Below the pieces are notes generated by a model, which searched no databases, was not told where the DNA came from, and saw nothing but the letters and a program-made list of their open reading frames with translations. Shown here piece after piece: positions 46,696 through 56,654 of a stretch of 64,000 bases of DNA; within the stretch, counting starts at the first letter, position 1, and each line of letters opens with the position of its first letter. The stretch is from Candidatus Enterousia sp. (GTDB taxonomy: Bacteria; Pseudomonadota; Alphaproteobacteria; Rs-D84), in the NCBI GenBank assembly GCA_045114635.1, contig JBGUKY010000017.1, positions 4,687 to 68,686 of the forward strand, given 5' to 3'. A program made the position numbers and the translations under genes.

Positions 46696-47109
46696 TCAAC
46701 TTTTTGAACTGGTGTTATTCTGTTCAAATGCACTTAAAATATTATCAAAAGTTTCTTTTGCCTTTGGATGATTTGTGGCAAATTTTTGTATTCCCATAAC
46801 TATCGCAGCCGTTATTAAACGTTCTATGTCTTGTTTCGTTACTATTTCCTTTAAAATACCATTTATAGACATATCTTCTTGGACTTCACATTGACATTTT
46901 TTACAAAACAATCTTGATATTTCTGGCATCCACCATATCAGCAAACCAAAAGACACAGGAACAATGACACACATTAAAAAATACCTAAAAGGAACAATAC
47001 AGAAATCAATATTAAAAAAGCCGATGCAATAATTTGGGATTTGCAATATTGTTATTATCGCAAATTCGTACAATACTAAAATCGTTGTATATATCTTTAT
47101 TTTTCGCAT
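46696..47109 (-). CDS. Hypothetical membrane protein
   Basis: ORF with two N-terminal TM segments. Confidence 0.4.
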   Translation of the reverse strand: MRKIKIYTTILVLYEFAIITILQIPNYCIGFFNIDFCIVPFRYFLMCVIVPVSFGLLIWWMPEISRLFCKKCQCEVQEDMSINGILKEIVTKQDIERLITAAIVMGIQKFATNHPKAKETFDNILSAFEQNNTSSKS

Positions 47110-47188
47110 ACACTATTATAAAAACACAGATAAAGATATTACAACAGGACACTATTCCAAATAAAAACCGACCAAATGGTCGGTTTAA

Positions 47189-47890
47189 TTATTTTTCTTC
47201 TTGGATAACATTTGCCACAGATTCTATTTGCAACAACTGATTTTCTAATGCCGCACGTTCTGAAGATTTATATCCCGTTTCCGCCTGTTTATTCGCATCA
47301 GCATCATCAAGTTTCTTTTTCTCAACCATAGGGTTGATTAAATTAGTATGCTGCTTTTGATCTTGTTCCAAATCTTTCTGTAACAACTTACTATTTCCAA
47401 AGAAGAACCAATCATCCATTTTAATAGCAGTCAATTGCATAACGGGACGCGTTCTTGCTTCACTTACCCACTTTGGTAAACCGCGTGGGACATCGGAATA
47501 ATACCAAAGAACACCCCAATATACGAAACCCATTACAACAACACTGCGAACAATACCAAAGACTACACCCAATGTTCTGTCTGTAACAGACAAAAAGCTG
47601 TCTTGTATTCTTTCACGAAGTTTTTGATTGATGAAACCAACTATCACCAAAATGACAAAAAATACTATGAAATAAGATGCAACCAATGTTACAACCGTAG
47701 AATCTGGTAAATGAAACCATTTCTGCAACAGACCATCTAAATATGGAGATACAAATCTTGCAGATATAGCCGCAACAACCCAAGATAATGTAGCAATTGT
47801 TTCATATACACCGCCGCGTACAGTAGCCCAAACGGTTGAAGCCAAAATAACTACAACATAAATATAATCAAGAATTGTTAAATCAAACAT
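47189..47890 (-). CDS. cvpA: CvpA family membrane protein
   Basis: ILDYIYVVVILASTVWATVRGGVYE N-terminus and four TM segments. Confidence 0.8.
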   Translation of the reverse strand: MFDLTILDYIYVVVILASTVWATVRGGVYETIATLSWVVAAISARFVSPYLDGLLQKWFHLPDSTVVTLVASYFIVFFVILVIVGFINQKLRERIQDSFLSVTDRTLGVVFGIVRSVVVMGFVYWGVLWYYSDVPRGLPKWVSEARTRPVMQLTAIKMDDWFFFGNSKLLQKDLEQDQKQHTNLINPMVEKKKLDDADANKQAETGYKSSERAALENQLLQIESVANVIQEEK

Positions 47891-47899
47891 CGTTTATGC

Positions 47900-48460
47900 C
47901 TATTTATGTTTCTTAAATAAAACTATTCCCAATCCAGCCAACAATAAAACCAAGAAACCATATAACAATATATTGGATGTATTGTTTGTTTTATTCGTTA
48001 TTTTTTTTTTAGTATCTTTTTCCGATACAGCATTTTTTCTATCACTGTGCGCAGCTACAAAAGCTTCTTTATCTTTTTCAATTTCCGCTTTATTTGCAGA
48101 GGCAGCATTTTTTTGTTCAGCTGTTAAATCAATTTCAACAGCAGCACGCAAATCATCTTGTCTTGCGTTTGAATATCCTTGAAAACATTTTTCACCAACA
48201 ACTAACACAGGAACACCACCTGATTCATAACCACATTTTTTAAGTGTATCAAAAAATTCCTTACGATTATCAGCATTCATAACATTTACTTCTGATACTT
48301 TTAATGTTTCATATTCATAAATCAAAGTATTTTCGACAAAATCACGCGCATGATGACAATGTGGACATGTTGGCGAATAATAAATAGTTATATCTGCAGC
48401 ATTTGCACCACTAATAAAAGCACCACAGAAGAAAGCGAATAATAATTTTGATAATTTCAT
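47900..48460 (-). CDS. Exported thioredoxin-fold (glutaredoxin/DsbA-like) protein with C-terminal TM anchor
   Basis: Start moved to MKLSKLLFAFF (AAGGAG RBS). Signal peptide, CPHC active site, and GGVPVLVV cis-Pro loop. Confidence 0.65.
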   Translation of the reverse strand: MKLSKLLFAFFCGAFISGANAADITIYYSPTCPHCHHARDFVENTLIYEYETLKVSEVNVMNADNRKEFFDTLKKCGYESGGVPVLVVGEKCFQGYSNARQDDLRAAVEIDLTAEQKNAASANKAEIEKDKEAFVAAHSDRKNAVSEKDTKKKITNKTNNTSNILLYGFLVLLLAGLGIVLFKKHK

Positions 48461-48587
48461 GAAAAAACTCCTTTGAATCCTTGATGAAGAAATTATAGAA
48501 AAAACAAACAAACAAAAGCAAGCGTTTTTTATTTTTCCCTTGCGAAAAAAAAGCAAAGATTATAGAATATTCAGCAAGGTAAGGAAC

Positions 48588-49370
48588 ATGAACCATTTCG
48601 GCAATTTTTTATGGAAATTATTTAGTGTGACAATGGTATTTTTATGTCATATTGGTCCTAATAATACTTTTGCAGAATCCTCTACTACTGACGAACAAAC
48701 GCCACCAACTCAATACATTGCCGACGATCCAAAGATGACATCAGATTATTTTGTATCCACAACAGAGGTTGGAAATCGCATAACAAGAACTATTCGTTTA
48801 TGCCCATCTGGACAATATTTATCTGGTTGTGGGGATGCTAGTTTTGGAACAAATTTATTAAAAGGCATGAAAAAAACAGGTGATATAAAAACCCCGGACT
48901 ATTACTCTTATGACACAGTGGCTTCTGATACTATACATATGGAAAATTTAAGGAAGTTCTTTGCTCATACAGAACCAATTAACTTCAGATCACAAACAGA
49001 ACTTTCTAATGGTAATCATATATTTGCTGATGAAACTGTTCCTGCATCTACATATAAAACATACCTTTATCAAATATTATCCAATTTTTGTACAAACAAA
49101 GAAGGCGACAAAGGGGACATTCATTGTTCAAAATGCCCAAATAACGCATCGGTTGAAAGCTCGACAGTCAAAGAAGATTCTTATAAAACAACAAAACTGT
49201 TGTGGGACTCTTGGAATGTACATACTATTGCAGATTGCTATATGAACGAATTTTCTGATGAAGAAGGCACATATATTTATGTTGCAGACAATGTTCAAAA
49301 TGACACAAATGGAACCAAGTGTTATTATACAAAAAACATTCATGGAACATCATCTCTTTTTTACAAATAA
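48588..49370 (+). CDS. Secreted Cys-rich protein
   Basis: Start at MNHFGNFLWKLFSV... Signal-like segment and several Cys pairs (CPSGQYLSGCGD, CSKCPNN). Confidence 0.45.
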   Translation: MNHFGNFLWKLFSVTMVFLCHIGPNNTFAESSTTDEQTPPTQYIADDPKMTSDYFVSTTEVGNRITRTIRLCPSGQYLSGCGDASFGTNLLKGMKKTGDIKTPDYYSYDTVASDTIHMENLRKFFAHTEPINFRSQTELSNGNHIFADETVPASTYKTYLYQILSNFCTNKEGDKGDIHCSKCPNNASVESSTVKEDSYKTTKLLWDSWNVHTIADCYMNEFSDEEGTYIYVADNVQNDTNGTKCYYTKNIHGTSSLFYK

Positions 49371-49385
49371 ACGTAATAAATATAT

Positions 49386-50171
49386 ATGAACGAAAAAAAG
49401 ATAAGTATCATTGTAAAATCAAATTGCGATATATCAGCAATCACTTCTTTGATGCAACAAACAAATAATTATTGGGAATGTTTTATCGCTAATAACACGA
49501 TAAAAAACATAGAACAATATATTATCAATGACAAAAGATTCAAAATATTAAATAACGAAACAATAAAAGAAGCAATAAGTCGTTCAAGTGGGGATTACAT
49601 CCTTTTTATTGATGCGCAAGACATATTGACTAACAATGCTGTAGATAATATATTGCGCATCATTAATTTTACAAATGCAGATATTATAAAATTTGAATCA
49701 AAACTGTTACCAGAAGAAATACCGAACAATCCTGATACAAAATGTATGTTTAAATATATATTTAAGAAAGAGAATATTATGGATTATGTTTGGGACAATC
49801 TTTCTGAATTTTGTTTTAAAAAAGATATTGTTTCTATGATTGATCCAAAACAATCTGAACATGCGTTTTTGATACAAACACTGGCAAATGCGAAAGATAT
49901 GGCTGTAACAAAAAAAACATTTATTATAAAAAAACAAAATGCCAGTATTTCAACAACTGATATTATCTGTAATTATGAACAGAATAATAAAAAATTATCA
50001 AAATCTTTTTGGAAAGAGTATTTTAAAGAAATAACACCAAAAATTGTATCACAAACAGTAAAAAATAATGACAAATCATCGTTTATAAGCTTCTGCCATA
50101 ATATTCCATTATATTTAATACCGTTGCGATACAGAATAATATGCTATATACTTAAAAAAACTAACAAATAA
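49386..50171 (+). CDS. Divergent GT2-like glycosyltransferase
   Basis: ISIIVKS..SGDYILFIDAQD resembles a GT-A N-terminal half. The match is weak. Confidence 0.4.
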   Translation: MNEKKISIIVKSNCDISAITSLMQQTNNYWECFIANNTIKNIEQYIINDKRFKILNNETIKEAISRSSGDYILFIDAQDILTNNAVDNILRIINFTNADIIKFESKLLPEEIPNNPDTKCMFKYIFKKENIMDYVWDNLSEFCFKKDIVSMIDPKQSEHAFLIQTLANAKDMAVTKKTFIIKKQNASISTTDIICNYEQNNKKLSKSFWKEYFKEITPKIVSQTVKNNDKSSFISFCHNIPLYLIPLRYRIICYILKKTNK

Positions 50172-50909
50172 ATGAAAATTAAGTTACACAAACATCTTGA
50201 TCAAAAAATGTGGGACAAAGAAGACAATATAAGGTCCGAAGTGTCTGACATGCTTTTATCAATTGCTTGGGCATATATTGACTATATTCGTAACGAATAT
50301 GATATGCCGATATACAACAGTGATATTGCCGATATATTTGTTTTCGGTTCAATGACACAACTTTTTTATGACAAACAATCTGATATCGACGTATGCATTG
50401 TTTTAAACCTGGACAAGGTCACACAACAATTTCCAAACCTTAATATTCAAAAAACATTGAAACTTTATTACTACGATTGGGCAATGGTTCATATTTGTAA
50501 TATTTATGGTCGTAAAATTGATTTGAATTTCCAAGATGTAAAAACGCCAGAACACAATGGCAGATACAGACGCGGTCCTATTTATTCTTTGATCACACAA
50601 AGTTGGGTTTTCAGACCAGTATCTTTATCACAAAAAGATCTGAAACATATAGAACATCAAGCAGATATTGTTTATAAACAAATTTTACAAGATTATAAAA
50701 CTGTTAAAAAAAATGGTTTTAAACTGAATGAAATGACTAATTTATATAACAATATTATAACTTCAAAACGACATAGCGCAGAAGAAAACCCTGATATTAT
50801 AATAAATCCTGTATATATGGCCATACGAGAATTTAAACGTGATGGTTATATAAAAAAGCTGCACGACGAAGCTGTTCAGAAAGAAACACAAAAATATGTA
50901 TTAAAATAA
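50172..50909 (+). CDS. Nucleotidyltransferase-fold (Pol-beta superfamily) protein
   Basis: FGSMTQLFYDKQSDIDVCIV is the GS-x(n)-DxD motif. Confidence 0.5.
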   Translation: MKIKLHKHLDQKMWDKEDNIRSEVSDMLLSIAWAYIDYIRNEYDMPIYNSDIADIFVFGSMTQLFYDKQSDIDVCIVLNLDKVTQQFPNLNIQKTLKLYYYDWAMVHICNIYGRKIDLNFQDVKTPEHNGRYRRGPIYSLITQSWVFRPVSLSQKDLKHIEHQADIVYKQILQDYKTVKKNGFKLNEMTNLYNNIITSKRHSAEENPDIIINPVYMAIREFKRDGYIKKLHDEAVQKETQKYVLK

Positions 50910-50910
50910 A

Positions 50911-51237
50911 TTAGTGTCCGTGCGCAAAAATATGTAAAATCACACTGACTACAAATAAAGTAGTTATTACAGCCAAAATTATTTTCTGTGTTTTATGAGA
51001 TTTTTCATTTTCGCATTCTGCACAAGGGCAGTCTTGAAAAGTCAAAACCCACGACAATCCCAACATCAATGCAGAAAATACAAACAACCACGGTTCAACC
51101 CATTCTGGAATAAATGTTGTGTGTGCAACTTCTGGTGCAAACAAACCAATCAAAGATAATACTATCGGTAAAACACAACAAAACAGATGTGGCAATATTG
51201 ATGCAACAATTCCAATTTTAACTGCTTTATTTTTCAT
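50911..51237 (-). CDS. Small Cys-motif membrane protein (possible metal-handling, MerC/MerT-like layout)
   Basis: Three to four TM segments. LFCCVLP in TM1 and a CPCAEC loop. Confidence 0.4.
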   Translation of the reverse strand: MKNKAVKIGIVASILPHLFCCVLPIVLSLIGLFAPEVAHTTFIPEWVEPWLFVFSALMLGLSWVLTFQDCPCAECENEKSHKTQKIILAVITTLFVVSVILHIFAHGH

Positions 51238-51254
51238 TTCTTTAACCCTTTTTA

Positions 51255-51330
51255 TGGCGTCCCCAGCAGAACTCGAATCTGCATCTAATCCTTAGGAGGG
51301 ATTTGTTCTATCCAATTGAACTATGAGGAC
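51255..51330 (-). tRNA. tRNA-Arg(CCU), encoded CCA
   Basis: The reverse complement gives acceptor GTCCTCA/TGGGGAC, anticodon loop CTCCTAA and T-loop TTCGAGT. Confidence 0.85.
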
Positions 51331-51438
51331 GAGCGGTTTAGATTCTACAACAATAAAAAAATAAATCAATATTTAGTAATTGCTTTATTAAAAAGACCCT
51401 GTATAATATTCAATATATGGCAAAAAAACGAGAACATT

Positions 51439-51726
51439 ATGGCAACAATAACACGTATGGATTTAGCAAACGCTTTACGCAACCGATTTGGATTGACTGC
51501 TGCTGATTCTTATCGAATGATAGACATAATCTTTGATGAAATCGGTGAATCTTTAGTAAATGGTGAAGATGTAAAAATTACTGGATTCGGGACATTCAGG
51601 GTGCTGTCAAAATCAGCCCGTATCGGTCGCAATCCAAAGACAGGTGTCCCTGCTGTGATATCTGCACGTCGTGTTGCATCTTTTCGTCCAAGCACAGATT
51701 TCAGAAAAATCGTTTCTGAAAAATAA
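51439..51726 (+). CDS. HU/IHF family DNA-binding protein (IHF-alpha-like)
   Basis: Start at MATITRMDLA. GFGTFRVLSKSARIGRNPKTGVPAVISARRV. Confidence 0.85.
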   Translation: MATITRMDLANALRNRFGLTAADSYRMIDIIFDEIGESLVNGEDVKITGFGTFRVLSKSARIGRNPKTGVPAVISARRVASFRPSTDFRKIVSEK

Positions 51727-51736
51727 AAGGACCATT

Positions 51737-51997
51737 ATGGTAAAAACTGATAAATATGAAGGCATGGCAGATATGTTTGAACAATTGGACAAACAGCAAT
51801 TAATCGCTCAAAAAACAGCCGAATTTAATAAATCATGCGCACAAATCGAAGCTGAAATCAGAAGCAACAGAGAAAACATCAATTTTGCAGACCCTAATGA
51901 TGCGCGCGAAACAGAAAACGATATAATGTTTCTTGAAAGAAAATTGGATACATTAAGAAAAGAATACGAACAAGAAATTGCTTCTTTAAAAAGATAA
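51737..51997 (+). CDS. Hypothetical coiled-coil protein
   Basis: ORF from MVKTDKYEG. Charged heptad-like sequence. Confidence 0.4.
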   Translation: MVKTDKYEGMADMFEQLDKQQLIAQKTAEFNKSCAQIEAEIRSNRENINFADPNDARETENDIMFLERKLDTLRKEYEQEIASLKR

Positions 51998-51999
51998 TA

Positions 52000-52026
52000 A
52001 AAAAACGCCGTTATGGCGTTTTTTAT
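52000..52026. terminator. Bidirectional terminator
   Basis: AACGCC-GTTAT-GGCGTT flanked by A and T runs. Confidence 0.6.
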
Positions 52027-54008
52027 TACCAAAGATTTACACGTTTATCTGGTGCGATATATAATGCATCACCTTCTTTGATATCAAACACATCATACCA
52101 AGCATTAACATGCGGCAATATACCATTTACGCGCCAACGCGACAATGAATGTTCATTTGTTTTTGTCATTCTTAAAACTTCCGCATCACGTATATTACCA
52201 GCTTCGGTCATAGCATATGCGATAAAGAATCTTTGGTCAGCTGTCATTCCTGGTACATCTTCAGATTTTTCACCAAACTTTTTATACGCATCAAAGGCAA
52301 CTGTCACGCCACCATAATCAGCCAAGTTTTCACCCAAAGTAAATTCTCCATTTGCGTGTGTATTTGGCGCAACAATGATGTTATTAAAATGTTCTTTCAT
52401 AATATTTGCATGAACATCAAACTTTTTTGCATCTTCTTCGGTCCACCATTCTTTCATATTTCCATCCTTGTCAAAATGGCGACCTGAATCATCAAAACCA
52501 TGTGTCATTTCATGCCCAATTACTGAACCAATTGCACCATAATTAAACGCATCGTCCGCATTCATATCAAAGAAAGGATATTGTAATATACCTGCTGGAA
52601 AACATATTTCATTTGTCGAAGGATCATAATACGCATTTATTTCATGTGCATTCATATACCAAATCGCAGGATCTTTTTCTTTACCTATTTTTTCCAACCA
52701 GAAAGCATCTTCAAACGCCGCGACACGCATCATATTAGCAAACAAAGAATCATCTTTGATTTCCAGTTTTGAATAATCGCGCCACTTATCTGGATACCCG
52801 ATTTTTGCTTTGAATGTATGTAATTTATTCAACGCCTGTTTTTTTGTATCATCACTCATCCAATCAAGATTTTTAATACGTAATTCCAATGCGCGCTTCA
52901 AATTATCAACTAATGTTTCCATACGTTTCTTTGCAGCAGATGGAAAATATTGTTTTACATACAATTGCCCTATTTCTTCGCCCAAAGAACCGTCTAATAT
53001 TCCTACAGCTCTTTTCCAACGAGGTTTCTTTTCTTTTTGATCTGATAAAACACGATTGTAAAAATCAAAAGCGATATCATAAGTTTTTTCGTCTAACAAA
53101 GATGCAGAAGAATTAATCACACGGTATTTCAAATATGTTTTTATCAAATCCATATCTGTATCATTCATAATTGATATTGATTCTTTGACAGGTTCAATTT
53201 GTTCGATATTTATATTTTCAATTTTTACACCACGCGCATCAAAAAATATATCCCAATCAAAATCAGGTAAATCTTGTTTTAATTCATCGACAGATTTTTT
53301 ATGATAGTTTATCAATGGATTACGTAATTGTTCTTTTGTAAAGAAAGATTTTGCCATTCTTTCTTCCAGCGCATAAAGTTTTTCAACATCAACCTTTACA
53401 CCAAAGTTATTCATAATGTCTTTGATATACTTTTTGTATTTTGTTCGAACTTCTTTCGATTTATCGTCGTCATCAAAATAATAATCACGCGCCAACCCAA
53501 TGCCAGATTGTCCAATTACAAAAATATAATGAGTGCTGTCTTTATCATCCAACAAAACACCATCACTCCAGAAAGAACTTGAAAAAGTATGACTTTTACC
53601 AAGATACCGTGCAAGATCTTGTTTTGTTTTTATATTATCTATTTCATCCAAGAAAGGTTTTACAGGATTTGTTTTTTCTGCGTTTAATTTTTCTTCATTC
53701 ATCGCAATTTTATAAAGCATACCTATTTTACCGTTATCTTTTTCTGCGATATCACGAACACGTTCCAAATTCATCGCATCCAATGTATGGAATGATGTCC
53801 ATCTTGTATAATCATCTGGAATTGGATTATTTTTACGCCATCCGGCTGTCGCAAAATCATAAAAATCCGTTCCTGGCTTAACTGTCAAATCCATATTTTC
53901 AGTTTTTATTCCAACTTGCATTTCTTTCCCCTTTGTAAAAAAAATAGCGGCAATCACTGAAATACATACAGCAATTATTCCGATAATATTTAAAAACTTG
54001 TTTTTCAT
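52026..54008 (-). CDS. M13 family metalloendopeptidase (PepO/neprilysin-like)
   Basis: VIGHEMTHGFDD (HExxH), NAYY, and the GENLADYGG motif. N-terminal membrane anchor. Confidence 0.9.
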   Translation of the reverse strand: MKNKFLNIIGIIAVCISVIAAIFFTKGKEMQVGIKTENMDLTVKPGTDFYDFATAGWRKNNPIPDDYTRWTSFHTLDAMNLERVRDIAEKDNGKIGMLYKIAMNEEKLNAEKTNPVKPFLDEIDNIKTKQDLARYLGKSHTFSSSFWSDGVLLDDKDSTHYIFVIGQSGIGLARDYYFDDDDKSKEVRTKYKKYIKDIMNNFGVKVDVEKLYALEERMAKSFFTKEQLRNPLINYHKKSVDELKQDLPDFDWDIFFDARGVKIENINIEQIEPVKESISIMNDTDMDLIKTYLKYRVINSSASLLDEKTYDIAFDFYNRVLSDQKEKKPRWKRAVGILDGSLGEEIGQLYVKQYFPSAAKKRMETLVDNLKRALELRIKNLDWMSDDTKKQALNKLHTFKAKIGYPDKWRDYSKLEIKDDSLFANMMRVAAFEDAFWLEKIGKEKDPAIWYMNAHEINAYYDPSTNEICFPAGILQYPFFDMNADDAFNYGAIGSVIGHEMTHGFDDSGRHFDKDGNMKEWWTEEDAKKFDVHANIMKEHFNNIIVAPNTHANGEFTLGENLADYGGVTVAFDAYKKFGEKSEDVPGMTADQRFFIAYAMTEAGNIRDAEVLRMTKTNEHSLSRWRVNGILPHVNAWYDVFDIKEGDALYIAPDKRVNLW

Positions 54009-55081
54009 TTTGTTAAATCCACTATGATATCGTCTAGTAATAACAAACCAGCATTCGTAGTATGCAAATATTCACCATTTATTTCAACTAAATCTTTGTG
54101 GTTTTCTATCCAATCAAAATTGATTTTATTTTTTACATCGTCACTTAAACGAACCCCACGCATTGTTCGCATACCAGTTAATATTTTTTCAATTGCACGT
54201 GTTTCATTTGATATTTTTTCAAAACATTCGTTATTACCGCGTTCTTCATACCAAACACCATCTATACAAATGCGACCCGCTGCACCACGACCAATACCGA
54301 CGTACGCATCTCCATTCCAAACATTTACATTATGCCGACATTCTTCGCCTGGTTTTGCATAATTAGAAACTTCATATCGCGGCAAAGATAAATATCTGGG
54401 GATAACTTCATACATTTGTGCTATCGTATCATTATCAGGCATATCCAAATTCATTTTTCCAAAAGGTGTATTTGTTTCAATTGTCAATTCATACATCGAC
54501 ACATGTGATAATCCAAATTTATTTATGCCATTACACATTTCGATAACAGCATCAACTGTTTGATTTGGTAAACCATAAATAAAGTCCGCATTAACGCGCA
54601 ATCCTTTGTTCATCGCAACATCTAACAAAGCCACCGCTGTTTTCACATCGTGGCGGCGCCCAAGAAATTGTAAATCATTATCATCAAGAGATTGAACACC
54701 AACAGACAAACGATTTATACCACAAGAAATAAATCCTGATAATTTATCGGCATCAATTGTCCCTGGGTTTGATTCCAGTGTTATTTCACAATTTGTATCA
54801 ACGGAAAAACACTGATTTATACAATTCATTATCTTTTCAAAAACCCCTACAGGCATCAAAGATGGGGTTCCTCCACCAAAAAATATCGTCGGAATATTTA
54901 TTTTTCCTAACTTTTGTGACCAAAATTGTAATTCTTTACAAATATCATCTGCATATCCTGACCAATCTGGATTTTTACAAGCAAAAGAATAAAAAGCACA
55001 ATAATTGCACTTTGACACACAAAAAGGGACATGGATATATAAATTATGCGGCATATTCATAACAAAACCATAATAAATCAT
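54005..55081 (-). CDS. hemW: Radical SAM heme chaperone HemW / oxygen-independent coproporphyrinogen oxidase-like
   Basis: LYIHVPFCVSKCNYCAFYS and GGGTPSL. The start may be the internal Met at 55054. Confidence 0.85.
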   Translation of the reverse strand: MIYYGFVMNMPHNLYIHVPFCVSKCNYCAFYSFACKNPDWSGYADDICKELQFWSQKLGKINIPTIFFGGGTPSLMPVGVFEKIMNCINQCFSVDTNCEITLESNPGTIDADKLSGFISCGINRLSVGVQSLDDNDLQFLGRRHDVKTAVALLDVAMNKGLRVNADFIYGLPNQTVDAVIEMCNGINKFGLSHVSMYELTIETNTPFGKMNLDMPDNDTIAQMYEVIPRYLSLPRYEVSNYAKPGEECRHNVNVWNGDAYVGIGRGAAGRICIDGVWYEERGNNECFEKISNETRAIEKILTGMRTMRGVRLSDDVKNKINFDWIENHKDLVEINGEYLHTTNAGLLLLDDIIVDLTK

Positions 55082-55157
55082 GAAAAATAAAATTCAATAT
55101 AAACAAACGCTTTTTTTAAAATCTTTTTTATGATATAATGAGATATACGAAAGGAAG

Positions 55158-56636
55158 ATGAAAAATACATTTTTGGCATTTTTCTGCTTATTTGCGGCTT
55201 CGTCTGCGTGTTTTGCGTCAAACGAAGGGGTTCCGTCATATTATTCAAACAACACAACTATGAACGCAAACCGTGCGGCATACAGCAAGTACAAAAACTA
55301 TGGTTATACCAAATATGTTGGTAATTCTGGCAAAAAACAGATTGTTTCTTCTAAAAGTTATTCTTATCAGGTTCCACGCGCCCAATTACCTACCTACACA
55401 GGTTCTATGACAACAAATGGCATAGCGGAACCTTCAACACATAAAACCACTTTTTACGCTGATTATTCACGCCGTTTCGCTGATTTTGAATTCAAAACCG
55501 GTGTAAATTCAATTTTGGAATGGGACGATATGGTTTTTAACGAAATCAATGTCGGCGCAAAACATGTTTTTGATATTCACGGATTTGATCTTGCTGTGTA
55601 TGGCGGATATACATACGGTAAAATGGCCGGCGGTGGTTTATCAATGGATTATGACTTGGAACCATATGATTATTCATATCCTTCGGAAGGTATTTTCACA
55701 ATATCTATGGGTAACCAAAGTGGTGAAACAAGTAAGTTAAAATTTGGTGTTGCTGCTCACAATATTTGGAATGTTGGCGGATGGAAATTTACCCCTCATA
55801 TTGGTTATGAAATATTCAAACACAACTTAAAAATGGGGGATCACATATACCCTAACCCTGGTGTATATTTGCCTTTGATGACCGTAAACGGTGATTATGT
55901 GTTTGGTGACAGCGCTGGAAATTATTTTTCTGTACCACAAGATGTAAGCGTTGCTAATGATTCAGACTTATACCAAGTATGTATGGGACCAGAAGACATC
56001 AAAGTTGTCGCAACTTCAGCGGGTGGCACAGATCTTGGTGGTGGCATTTCATTGATAGGAACATCTTTGACAACCGTTGAATATAACACATCTATGGGCG
56101 ATTTACCTTGGGGTGTTGTTCAGGGTGACTGTATCGTTATTGGTGGTGATGGCATCATAAGGGTTGATGGCACAACACATATTTACAACACTACATGGTC
56201 TGGTTTCTATCTTGGATTAGAAATGGAAAAACAAATGACATTGTCGGATATATTACGTTTCTATGTCCAGGTAAGCATGCCAAAATATTCATCAGAAGGA
56301 ACATGGCCAAATCGTGACGATTGGCAACAAAATCCAAGCTTCTTGGATGAAGGTAGCAATGGTTCATTTGCTTATGAAGCAGAAATGGAATACATCTATA
56401 ATCTGTCTGATCGTATGCAATTATCTTTAAAAGCAGATACAAATTATTTTCATGTAGGAAAAATACCTGGTGAATTGTATGTTGCAGAAACTCTTGTATA
56501 CATTGAAGATCCAAACAATCCTGGTAACTTCATTATTGAAAAACAACCCGCTTATACTGAACACATTTCAGAATCTTTGAAAGAAGCCTCATGGCAATCT
56601 TTCGGTTTACACATCGGGTTGAAATATTCTTTTTAA
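55158..56636 (+). CDS. Outer-membrane beta-barrel protein
   Basis: Signal peptide ..SSACFA and C-terminal ..GLHIGLKYSF. Confidence 0.55.
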   Translation: MKNTFLAFFCLFAASSACFASNEGVPSYYSNNTTMNANRAAYSKYKNYGYTKYVGNSGKKQIVSSKSYSYQVPRAQLPTYTGSMTTNGIAEPSTHKTTFYADYSRRFADFEFKTGVNSILEWDDMVFNEINVGAKHVFDIHGFDLAVYGGYTYGKMAGGGLSMDYDLEPYDYSYPSEGIFTISMGNQSGETSKLKFGVAAHNIWNVGGWKFTPHIGYEIFKHNLKMGDHIYPNPGVYLPLMTVNGDYVFGDSAGNYFSVPQDVSVANDSDLYQVCMGPEDIKVVATSAGGTDLGGGISLIGTSLTTVEYNTSMGDLPWGVVQGDCIVIGGDGIIRVDGTTHIYNTTWSGFYLGLEMEKQMTLSDILRFYVQVSMPKYSSEGTWPNRDDWQQNPSFLDEGSNGSFAYEAEMEYIYNLSDRMQLSLKADTNYFHVGKIPGELYVAETLVYIEDPNNPGNFIIEKQPAYTEHISESLKEASWQSFGLHIGLKYSF

Positions 56637-56654
56637 TTGGTTAAAAGGGTAGAT

